From assembly GCA_964057225.1 (NCBI GenBank), contig OZ059894.1, positions 5,084,001-5,148,000 on the forward strand: DNA of 64,000 bases, given 5' to 3'. The DNA comes from Auanema rhodensis. Taxonomy: Eukaryota > Animalia > Nematoda. The notes under the pieces were generated by a model. The model was not told the origin of the DNA and did not search any database. It saw only the letters and a list, made by a program, of their open reading frames with translations. The translations under genes and the position numbers were made by a program. Below are positions 1 through 12,300 of this stretch, one piece after another; positions within the stretch are counted from its first letter, which is position 1, and every line of letters begins with the position of its first letter.

Positions 1-257
1 CATCTACTTTTTGCTAAATTATTTTGAAATTTTTCGAAAAAATTTTTGTCAAAATGTTTTTGGAAGCTATGTTGAGTGTACATGGAAACTCAACATACAC
101 TAATGCATCATTTTTCAAACGATCATAACTAATTTTTGTATTAAGCGTTTCTCAAAGTAGTATAAAGCATTCGATGCGGATTTCCAAGCTGCGTCGATCT
201 GTGTTATCAGATTTGCGCTAGCTTAAAAATGCACCGAGATATCAACTGATATAAGTT
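1..257 (-). repeat. 351-bp satellite (family A), partial monomer, reverse orientation
   Basis: Reverse complement of the monomer at 258 onward; ends at ...gatataagtt (257), where the orientation flips. Confidence 0.95.
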
Positions 258-3200
258 TAATACAAAAATTAGTTATGATCGTTTGAAAAATGATGCATTA
301 GTGTATGTTGAGTTTCCATGTACACTCAACATAGCTTCCAAAAACATTTTGACAAAAATTTTTTCGAAAAATTTCAAAATAATTTAGCAAAAAGTAGATG
401 TTTTTAGATTCCTTCTTTCAAGGCAAAGACGATGGACAATGTTATTCAACGAAAAAATTAATTCTTCAGGGTGAAAATGGAGGATATAAGTGTGAACTTA
501 TATCAGTTGATATCTCGGTGCATTTTTAAGCTAGCGCAAATCTGATAACACAGATCGACGCAGCTTGGAAATCCGCATCGAATGCACTATACTACTTTGA
601 GAAACGCTTAATACAAAAATTAGTTATGATCGTTTGAAAAATGATGCATTAGTGTATGTTGAGTTTCCATGTACACTCAACATAGCTTCCAAAAACATTT
701 TGACAAAAATTTTTTCGAAAAATTTCAAAATAATTTAGCAAAAAGTAGATGTTTTTAGATTCCTTCTTTCAAGGCAAAGACGATGGACAATGTTATTCAA
801 CGAAAAAATTAATTCTTCAGGGTGAAAATGGAGGATATAAGTGTGAACTTATATCAGTTGATATCTCGGTGCATTTTTAAGCTAGCGCAAATCTGATAAC
901 ACAGATCGACGCAGCTTGGAAATCCGCATCGAATGCACTATACTACTTTGAGAAACGCTTAATACAAAAATTAGTTATGATCGTTTGAAAAATGATGCAT
1001 TAGTGTATGTTGAGTTTCCATGTACACTCAACATAGCTTCCAAAAACATTTTGACAAAAATTTTTTCGAAAAATTTCAAAATAATTTAGCAAAAAGTAGA
1101 TGTTTTTAGATTCCTTTTTTCAAGGCAAAGACGATGGACAATGTTATTTAACGAAAAAATTAATTCTTCAGGGTGAAAATCGAGGATATAAGTGTGAACT
1201 TATATCAGTTGATATCTCGGTGCATTTTTAAGCTAGCGCAAATCTGATAACACAGATCGACGCAACTTGAAAATCCGCATCGAATGCACTATACTACTTT
1301 GAGAAACGCTTAATACAAAAATTAGTTATGATCGTTTGAAAAATGATGCATTAGTGTATGTTGAGTTTCCATGTACACTCAACATAGCTTCCAAAAACAT
1401 TTTGACAAAAATTTTTTCGAAAAATTTCAAAATAATTTAGCAAAAAGTAGATGTTTTTAGATTCCTTTTTTCAAGGCAAAGACGATGGACAATGTTATTC
1501 AACGAAAAAATTAATTCTTCAGGGTGAAAATCGAGGATATAAGTGTGAACTTATATCAGTTGATATCTCTGTGCATTTTTAAGCTAGCGCAAATCTGATA
1601 ACACAGATCGACGCAGCTTGAAAATCCGCATCGAATGCACTATACTTCTTTGAGAAACGCTTAATACAAAAATTAGTTTTGATCGTTTGAAAAATGATGC
1701 ATTAGTGTATGTTGAGTTTCCATGTACACTCAACATTGCTTCCAAAAACATTTTGACAAAAATTTTTTCGAAAAATTTCAAAATAATTTAGCAAAAAGTA
1801 GATGTTTTTAGATTCCTTTTTTCAAGGCAAAGACGATGGACAATGTTATTCAACGAAAAAATTAATTCTCCAGGGTGAAAATCAAGGATATAAGTGTGAA
1901 CTTATATCAGTTGATATCTCGGTGCATTTTTAAGCTAGCGCAAATCTGATAACACAGATCGACGCAGCTTAAAAATCCGCATCGAATGCACTATACTACA
2001 TTGAGGAACGCTTAATACAAAAATTAGTTATGATCGTTTGAAAAATGATGCATAAGTGTATGTTGAGTTTCCATGTACACTCAACAATGATGCATTAGTG
2101 TATGTTGAGTTTCCATGTACACTCAACATTGCTTCCAAAAACATTTTGACAAAACTTTTTTCGAAAAATTTCAGAATAATTTAGCAAAAAGTAGATGTTT
2201 TTAGATTCCTTTTTTCAAGGCAAAGACGATGGACAATGTTATTCAACGAAAAAATCAATTCTTCAGGGTGAAAATCGAGGATATAAGTGTGAACTTATAT
2301 CAGTTGATATCTCGGTGCATTTTTAAGCTAGCGCAAATCTGATAACACAGATCGACACAGCTTGAAAATCCGCATCGAATGCACTATACTACATTGAGGA
2401 ACGCTTAATACAAAAATTAGTTATGATCGTTTGAAAAATGATGCATTAGTGTATGTTGAGTTTCCATGTACACTCAACATTGCTTCCAAAAACATTTTGA
2501 CAAAAATTTTTTCGAAAAATTTCAAAATAATTTAGCAAAAAGTAGATGTTTTTAGATTCCTTTTTTCAAGACAAAGACGATCGACAATGTTATTCAACGA
2601 AAAAATTAATTCTCCAGGGTGAAAATCAAGGATATAAGTGTGAACTTATATCAGTTGATATCTCGGTGCATTTTTAAGCTAGCGCAAATCTGATAACACA
2701 GATCGACGCAGCTTAAAAATCCGCATCGAATGCACTATACTACATTGAGGAACGCTTAATACAAAAATTAGTTATGATCGTTTGAAAAATAATGCATTAG
2801 TGTATGTTGAGTTTCCATGTACACTCAACATAGCTTCCAAAAACATTTTGACAAAAATTTTTTCGAAAAATTTCAAAATAATTTAGCAAAAAGTAGATGT
2901 TTTTAGATTTCTTTTTTCAAGGCAAAGACGATGGACAATGTTATTCAACGAAAAAATTAATTCTTCAGGGTGAAAATCGAGGATATAAGTGTGAACTTAT
3001 ATCAGTTGATAACTCGGTGCATTTTTAAGCTAGCGCAAATCTGATAACACAGATCGACGCAACTTGAAAATCCGCATCGAATGCACTATACTACTTTGAG
3101 AAACGCTTAATACAAAAATTAGTTATGATCGTTTGAAAAATGATGCATTAGTGTATGTTGAGTTTCCATGTACACTCAACATAGCTTCCAAAAACATTTT

Positions 3201-4286
3201 GACAAAAATTTTTTCGAAAAATTTCAAAATAATTTAGCAAAAAGTAGATGTTTTTAGATTCCTTTTTTCAAGGCAAAGACGATGGACAATGTTATTCAAC
3301 GAAAAAATTAATTCTTCAGGGTGAAAATCGAGGATATAAGTGTGAACTTATATCAGTTGATATCTCGGTGCATTTTTAAGCTAGCGCAAATCTGATAACA
3401 CAGATCGACGCAGCTTAAAAATCCGCATCGAATGCACTATACTACTTTGAGAAACGCTTAATACAAAAATTAGTTATGATCGTTTGAAAAATAATGCATT
3501 AGTGTATGTTGAGTTTCCATGTACACTCAACATTGCTTCCAAAAACATTTTGACAAAAATTTTTTCGAAAAATTTCAAAATAATTTAGCAAAAAGTAGAT
3601 GTTTTTAGATTCCTTTTTTCAAGGCAAAGACTATGGACAATGTTATTCAACGAAAAAATTAATTCTCCAGGGTGAAAATCAAGGATATAAGTGTGAACTT
3701 ATATCAGTTGATATCTCGGTGCATTTTTAAGCTAGCGCAAATCTGATAACACAGATCGACGCAGCTCAAAAATCCGCATTGAATGCACTATACTACATTG
3801 AGGAACGCTTAATACAAAAATTAGTTATGATCGTTTGAAAAATGATGCATAAGTGTATGTTGAGTTTCCATGTACACTCAACATAGCTTCCAAAAACATT
3901 TTGACAAAAATTTTTTCGAAAAATTTCAAAATAATTTAGCAAAAAGTAGATGTTTTTAGATTCCTTTTTTCAAGGCAAAGACGATGGACAATGTTATTCA
4001 ACGAAAAAATTAATTCTTCAGGGTGAAAATCGAGGATATAAGTGTGAACTTATATCAGTTGATATCTCGGTGCATTTTTAAGCTAGCGCAAATCTGATAA
4101 CACAGATCGACGCAGCTTAAAAATCCGCATCGAATGCACTATACTACATTGAGGAACGCTTAATACAAAAATTAGTTATGATCGTTTGAAAAATGATGCA
4201 TAAGTGTATGTTGAGTTTCCATGTACACTCAACATAGCTTCCGTTTGAAAAATGATGCATAAGTGTATGTTGAGTTTCCATGTACA
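258..4286 (+). repeat. 351-bp satellite (family A), about 11 monomers, forward orientation
   Basis: aaagtagatg recurs at 391, 742 and 1093 (period 351). Two short internal duplications start at 2086 (42 bp) and 4242 (46 bp). Confidence 0.97.
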
Positions 4287-6381
4287 CATAACTAATTTTT
4301 GTATTAAGCGTTCCTCAATGTAGTATAGTGCATTCGATGCGGATTTTTAAGCTGCGTCGATCTGTGTTATCAGATTTGCGCTAGCTTAAAAATGCACCGA
4401 GATATCAACTGATATAAGTTCACACTTATATCCTCGATTTTCACCCTGAAGAATTAATTTTTTCGTTGAATAACATTGTCCATCGTCTTTGCCTTGAAAA
4501 AAGGAATCTAAAAACATCTACTTTTTGCTAAATTATTTTGAAATTTTTCGAAAAAATTTTTGTCAAAATGTTTTTGGAAGCTATGTTGAGTGTACATGGA
4601 AACTCAACATACACTTATGCATCATTTTTCAAACGATCATAACTAATTTTTGTATTAAGCGTTCCTCAATGTAGTATAGTGCATTCAATGCGGATTTTTG
4701 AGCTGCGTCGATCTGTGTTATCAGATTTGCGCTAGCTTAAAAATGCACCGAGATATCAACTGATATAAGTTCACACTTATATCCTTGATTTTCACCCTGG
4801 AGAATTAATTTTTTCGTTGAATAACATTGTCCATAGTCTTTGCCTTGAAAAAAGGAATCTAAAAACATCTACTTTTTGCTAAATTATTTTGAAATTTTTC
4901 GAAAAAATTTTTGTCAAAATGTTTTTGGAAGCAATGTTGAGTGTACATGGAAACTCAACATACACTAATGCATTATTTTTCAAACGATCATAACTAATTT
5001 TTGTATTAAGCGTTTCTCAAAGTAGTATAGTGCATTCGATGCGGATTTTTAAGCTGCGTCGATCTGTGTTATCAGATTTGCGCTAGCTTAAAAATGCACC
5101 GAGATATCAACTGATATAAGTTCACACTTATATCCTCGATTTTCACCCTGAAGAATTAATTTTTTCGTTGAATAACATTGTCCATCGTCTTTGCCTTGAA
5201 AAAAGGAATCTAAAAACATCTACTTTTTGCTAAATTATTTTGAAATTTTTCGAAAAAATTTTTGTCAAAATGTTTTTGGAAGCTATGTTGAGTGTACATG
5301 GAAACTCAACATACACTAATGCATCATTTTTCAAACGATCATAACTAATTTTTGTATTAAGCGTTTCTCAAAGTAGTATAGTGCATTCGATGCGGATTTT
5401 CAAGTTGCGTCGATCTGTGTTATCAGATTTGCGCTAGCTTAAAAATGCACCGAGATATCAACTGATATAAGTTCACACTTATATCCTCGATTTTCACCCT
5501 GAAGAATTAATTTTTTCGTTGAATAACATTGTCCATCGTCTTTGCCTTGAAAAAAGAAATCTAAAAACATCTACTTTTTGCTAAATTATTTTGAAATTTT
5601 TCGAAAAAATTTTTGTCAAAATGTTTTTGGAAGCTATGTTGAGTGTACATGGAAACTCAACATACACTAATGCATTATTTTTCAAACGATCATAACTAAT
5701 TTTTGTATTAAGCGTTCCTCAATGTAGTATAGTGCATTCGATGCGGATTTTTAAGCTGCGTCGATCTGTGTTATCAGATTTGCGCTAGCTTAAAAATGCA
5801 CCGAGATATCAACTGATATAAGTTCACACTTATATCCTTGATTTTCACCCTGGAGAATTAATTTTTTCGTTGAATAACATTGTCGATCGTCTTTGTCTTG
5901 AAAAAAGGAATCTAAAAACATCTACTTTTTGCTAAATTATTTTGAAATTTTTCGAAAAAATTTTTGTCAAAATGTTTTTGGAAGCAATGTTGAGTGTACA
6001 TGGAAACTCAACATACACTAATGCATCATTTTTCAAACGATCATAACTAATTTTTGTATTAAGCGTTCCTCAATGTAGTATAGTGCATTCGATGCGGATT
6101 TTCAAGCTGTGTCGATCTGTGTTATCAGATTTGCGCTAGCTTAAAAATGCACCGAGATATCAACTGATATAAGTTCACACTTATATCCTCGATTTTCACC
6201 CTGAAGAATTGATTTTTTCGTTGAATAACATTGTCCATCGTCTTTGCCTTGAAAAAAGGAATCTAAAAACATCTACTTTTTGCTAAATTATTCTGAAATT
6301 TTTCGAAAAAAGTTTTGTCAAAATGTTTTTGGAAGCAATGTTGAGTGTACATGGAAACTCAACATACACTAATGCATCATT
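2086..6381. repeat. Long inverted duplication (arms 2086-4180 and 4287-6381, spacer about 106 bp)
   Basis: Rare variants mirror at positions summing to 8467, e.g. gactatgg (3632) / ccatagtc (4835), gctcaaaaatccgcattg / caatgcggatttttgagc, aaaactttt / aaaagtttt, gatcgacaatg / cattgtcgatc. One mismatch seen, at 3012. Confidence 0.9.
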
Positions 6382-9300
6382 TTTCAAACGATCATAACTA
6401 ATTTTTGTATTAAGCGTTTCTCAAAGTAGTATAGTGCATTCGATGCGGATTTTCAAGCTGCGTCGATCTGTGTTATCAGATTTGCGCTAGCTTAAAAATG
6501 CACCGAGATATCAACTGATATAAGTTCACACTTATATCCTCGATTTTCACCCTGAAGAATTAATTTTTTCGTTGAATAACATTGTCCATCGTCTTTGCCT
6601 TGAAAAAAGGAATCTAAAAACATCTACTTTCTGCTAAATTATTTCGAAATTTTTCGAAAAAATTTTTGTCAAAATGTTTTTGGAAGCAATGTTGAGTGTA
6701 CATGGAAACTCAACATACACTAATGCATCATTTTTCAAACGATCATAACTAATTTTTGTATTAAGCGTTTCTCAAAGTAGTATAGTGCATTCGATGCGGA
6801 TTTTCAAGCTGCGTCGATCTGTGTTATCAGATTTGCGCTAGCTTAAAAATGCACCGAGATATCAACTGATATAAGTTCACACTTATATCCTCGATTTTCA
6901 CCCTGAAGAATTAATTTTTTCGTTGAATAACATTGTCCATCGTCTTTGCCTTAAAAAAAGGAATCTAAAAACATCTACTTTCTGCTAAATTATTTTGAAA
7001 TTTTTCGAAAAAATTTTTGTCAAAATGTTTTTGGAAGCAATGTTGAGTGTACATGGAAACTCAACATACACTAATGCATTATTTTTCAAACGATCATAAC
7101 TAATTTTTGTATTAAGCGTTTCTCAAAGTAGTATAGTGCATTCGATGCGGATTTTTAAGCTGCGTCGATCTGTGTTATCAGATTTGCGCTAGCTTAAAAA
7201 TGCACCGAGATATCAACTGATATAAGTTCACACTTATATCCTCGATTTTCACCCTGAAGAATTAATTTTTTCGTTGAATAACATTGTCCATCGTCTTTGT
7301 CTTGAAAAAAGGAATCTAAAAACATATACTTTCTGCTAAATTATTTTGAAATTTTTCGAAAAAATTTTTGTCAAAATGTTTTTGGAAGCAATGTTGAGTG
7401 TACATGGAAACTCAACATACACTAATGCATCATTTTTCAAACGATCATAACTAATTTTTGTATTAAGCGTTTCTCAAAGTAATATAGTGCATTCGATGCG
7501 GATTTCCAAGCTGCGTCGATCTGTGTTATCAGATTTGCGCTAGCTTAAAAATGCACCGAGATATCAACTGATATAAGTTCACACTTATATCCTCGATTTT
7601 CACCCTGAAGAATTAATTTTTTCGTTGAATAACATTGTCCATCGTCTTTGCCTTGAAAAAAGGAATCTAAAAACATCTACTTTCTGCTAAATTATTTTGA
7701 AATTTTTCGAAAAAATTTTTGTCAAAATGTTTTTGGAAGCAATGTTGAGTGTACATGGAAACTCAACATACACTAATGCATCATTTTTCAAACGATCATA
7801 ACTAATTTTTCTATTAAGCGTTTCTCAAAGTAGTATAGTGCATTCGATGCGGATTTTCAAGCTGCGTCGATCTGTGTTATCAGATTTGCGCTAGCTTAAA
7901 AATGCACCGAGATATCAACTGATATAAGTTCACACTTATATCCTCCATTTTCACCCTGAAGAATTAATTTTTTCGTTGAATAACATTGTCCATCGTCTTT
8001 GCCTTGAAAAAAGGAATCTAAAAACATCTACTTTTTGCTAAATTATTTTGAAATTTTTCGAAAAAATTTTTGTCAAAATGTTTTTGGAAGCTATGTTGAG
8101 TGTACATGGAAACTCAACATACACTAATGCATCATTTTTCAAACGATCATAACTAATTTTTGTATTAAGCGTTTCTCAAAGTAGTATAGTGCATTCGATG
8201 CGGATTTCCAAGCTGCGTCGATCTGTGTTATCAGATTTGCGCTAGCTTAAAAATGCACCGAGATATCAACTGATATAAGTTCACACTTATATCCTCCATT
8301 TTCACCCTGAAGAATTAATTTTTTCGTTGAATAACATTGTCCATCGTCTTTGCCTTGAAAAAAGGAATCTAAAAACTATTACTTTTTGCTAAATTATTTT
8401 GAAATTTTTCGAAAAAATTTTTGTCAAAATGTTTTTGGAAGCTATGTTGAGTGTACATGGAAACTCAACATACACTTATGCATCATTTTTCAAACGATCA
8501 TAACTAATTTTTGTATTAAGCGTTCCTCAATGTAGTATAGTGCATTCGATGCGGATTTTTAAGCTGCGTCGATCTGTGTTATCAGATTTGCGCTAGCTTA
8601 AAAATGCACCGAGATATCAACTGATATAAGTTCACACTTATATCCTCCATTTTCACCCTGAAGAATTAATTTTTTCGTTGAATAACATTGTCCATCGTCT
8701 TTGCCTTGAAAAAAGAAATCTAAAAACTATTACTTTTTGCTAAATTATTTTGAAATTTTTCGAAAAAATTTTTGTCAAAATGTTTTTGGAAGCTATGTTG
8801 AGTGTACATGGAAACTCAACATACACTTATGCATCATTTTTCAAACGATCATAACTAATTTTTGTATTAAGCGTTCCTCAATGTAGTATAGTGCATTCGA
8901 TGCGGATTTTTAAGCTGCGTCGATCTGTGTTATCAGATTTGCGCTAGCTTAAAAATGCACCGAGATATCAACTGATATAAGTTCACACTTATATCCTTGA
9001 TTTTCACCCTGGAGAATTAATTTTTTCGTTGAATAACATTGTCCATCGTCTTTGCCTTGAAAAAAGGAATCTAAAAACATCTACTTTTTGCTAAATTATT
9101 TTGAAATTTTTCGAAAAAATTTTTGTCAAAATGTTTTTGGAAGCTATGTTGAGTGTACATGGAAACTCAACATACACTTATGCATCATTTTTCAAACGAT
9201 CATAACTAATTTTTGTATTAAGCGTTCCTCAATGTAGTATAGTGCATTCGATGCGGATTTTTAAGCTGCGTCGATCTGTGTTATCAGATTTGCGCTAGCT

Positions 9301-12300
9301 TAAAAATGCACCGAGATATCAACTGATATAAGTTCACACTTATATCCTCGATTTTCACCCTGAAGAATTAATTTTTTCGTTGAATAACATTGTCCATCGT
9401 CTTTGCCTTGAAAAAAGGAATCTAAAAACATCTACTTTTTGCTAAATTATTTTGAAATTTTTCGAAAAAATTTTTGTCAAAATGTTTTTGGAAGCTATGT
9501 TGAGTGTACATGGAAACTCAACATACACTTATGCATCATTTTTCAAACGATCATAACTAATTTTTGTATTAAGCGTTCCTCAATGTAGTATAGTGCATTC
9601 GATGCGGATTTTTAAGCTGCGTCGATCTGTGTTATCAGATTTGCGCTAGCTTAAAAATGCACCGAGATATCAACTGATATAAGTTCACACTTATATCCTT
9701 GATTTTCACCCTGGAGAATTAATTTTTTCGTTGAATAACATTGTCCATCGTCTTTGCCTTGAAAAAAGGAATCTAAAAACATCTACTTTTTGCTAAATTA
9801 TTTTGAAATTTTTCGAAAAAATTTTTGTCAAAATGTTTTTGGAAGCAATGTTGAGTGTACATGGAAACTCAACATACACTAATGCATCATTTTTCAAACG
9901 ATCATAACTAATTTTTGTATTAAGCGTTTCTCAAAGTAGTATAGTGCATTCGATGCGGATTTTCAAGCTGCGTCGATCTGTGTTATCAGATTTGCGCTAG
10001 CTTAAAAATGCACCGAGATATCAACTGATATAAGTTCACACTTAAATCCTCGATTTTCACCCTGAAGAATTAATTTTTTCGTTGAATAACATTGTCCATC
10101 GTCTTTGCCTTGAAAAAAGGAATCTAAAAACATCTACTTTTTGCTAAATTATTTTGAAATTTTTCGAAAAAATTTTTGTCAAAATGTTTTTGGAAGCTAT
10201 GTTGAGTGTACATGGAAACTCAACATACACTAATGCATCATTTTTCAAACGATCATAACTAATTTTTGTATTAAGCGTTTCTCAAAGTAGTATAGTGCAT
10301 TCGATGCGGATTTTCAAGTTGCGTCGATCTGTGTTATCAGATTTGCGCTAGCTTAAAAATGCACCGAGATATCAACTGATATAAGTTCACACTTATATCC
10401 TCGATTTTCACCCTGAAGAATTAATTTTTTCGTTGAATAACATTGTCCATCGTCTTTGCCTTGAAAAAAGGAATCTAAAAACATCTACTTTTTGCTAAAT
10501 TATTTTGAAATTTTTCGAAAAAATTTTTGTCAAAATGTTTTTGGAAGCTATGTTGAGTGTACATGGAAACTCAACATACACTAATGCATCATTTTTCAAA
10601 CGATCATAACTAATTTTTGTATTAAGCGTTTCTCAAAGTAGTATAGTGCATTCGATGCGGATTTCCAAGCTGCGTCGATCTGTGTTATCAGATTTGCGCT
10701 AGCTTAAAAATGCACCGAGATATCAACTGATATAAGTTCACACTTATATCCTCCATTTTCACCCTGAAGAATTAATTTTTTCGTTGAATAACATTGTCCA
10801 TCGTCTTTGCCTTGAAAGAAGGAATCTAAAAACATCTACTTTTTGCTAAATTATTTTGAAATTTTTCGAAAAAATTTTTGTCAAAATGTTTTTGGAAGCT
10901 ATGTTGAGTGTACATGGAAACTCAACATACACTTATGCATCATTTTTCAAACGATCATAACTAATTTTTGTATTAAGCGTTCCTCAATGTAGTATAGTGC
11001 ATTCGATGCGGATTTTTAAGCTGCGTCGATCTGTGTTATCAGATTTGCGCTAGCTTAAAAATGCACCGAGATATCAACTGATATAAGTTCACACTTATAT
11101 CCTCGATTTTCACCCTGAAGAATTAATTTTTTCGTTGAATAACATTGTCCATCGTCTTTGCCTTGAAAAAAGGAATCTAAAAACATCTACTTTTTGCTAA
11201 ATTATTTTGAAATTTTTCGAAAAAATTTTTGTCAAAATGTTTTTGGAAGCTATGTTGAGTGTACATGGAAACTCAACATACACTAATGCATCATTTTTCA
11301 AACGATCATAACTAATTTTTGTATTAAGCGTTTCTCAAAGTAGTATAGTGCATTCGATGCGGATTTTCAAGTTGCGTCGATCTGTGTTATCAGATTTGCG
11401 CTAGCTTAAAAATGCACCGAGATATCAACTGATATAAGTTCACACTTATATCCTCCATTTTCACCCTGAAGAATTAATTTTTTCGTTGAATAACATTGTC
11501 CATCGTCTTTGCCTTGAAAGAAGGAATCTAAAAACATCTACTTTTTGCTAAATTATTTTGAAATTTTTCGAAAAAATTTTTGTCAAAATGTTTTTGGAAG
11601 CTATGTTGAGTGTACATGGAAACTCAACATACACTTATGCATCATTTTTCAAACGATCATAACTAATTTTTGTATTAAGCGTTCCTCAATGTAGTATAGT
11701 GCATTCGATGCGGATTTTTAAGCTGCGTCGATCTGTGTTATCAGATTTGCGCTAGCTTAAAAATGCACCGAGATATCAACTGATATAAGTTCACACTTAT
11801 ATCCTCGATTTTCACCCTGAAGAATTAATTTTTTCGTTGAATAACATTGTCCATCGTCTTTGCCTTGAAAAAAGGAATCTAAAAACATCTACTTTTTGCT
11901 AAATTATTTTGAAATTTTTCGAAAAAATTTTTGTCAAAATGTTTTTGGAAGCTATGTTGAGTGTACATGGAAACTCAACATACACTAATGCATCATTTTT
12001 CAAACGATCATAACTAATTTTTGTATTAAGCGTTTCTCAAAGTAGTATAGTGCATTCGATGCGGATTTTCAAGTTGCGTCGATCTGTGTTATCAGATTTG
12101 CGCTAGCTTAAAAATGCACCGAGATATCAACTGATATAAGTTCACACTTATATCCTCGATTTTCACCCTGAAGAATTAATTTTTTCGTTGAATAACATTG
12201 TCCATCGTCTTTGCCTTGAAAAAAGGAATCTAAAAACATCTACTTTTTGCTAAATTATTTTGAAATTTTTCGAAAAAATTTTTGTCAAAATGTTTTTGGA

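Noticed and set aside
258-608. 351-bp monomer as a simple dimer of the 176-bp monomer, or of its own halves
   Set aside because: The lengths fit, but by eye the two halves do not align to each other or collinearly to family B; only short shared words were found (kept as a separate finding).
1584-1781. 65-aa ORF in the 351-bp satellite
   Set aside because: Chance loss of stop codons in one monomer.
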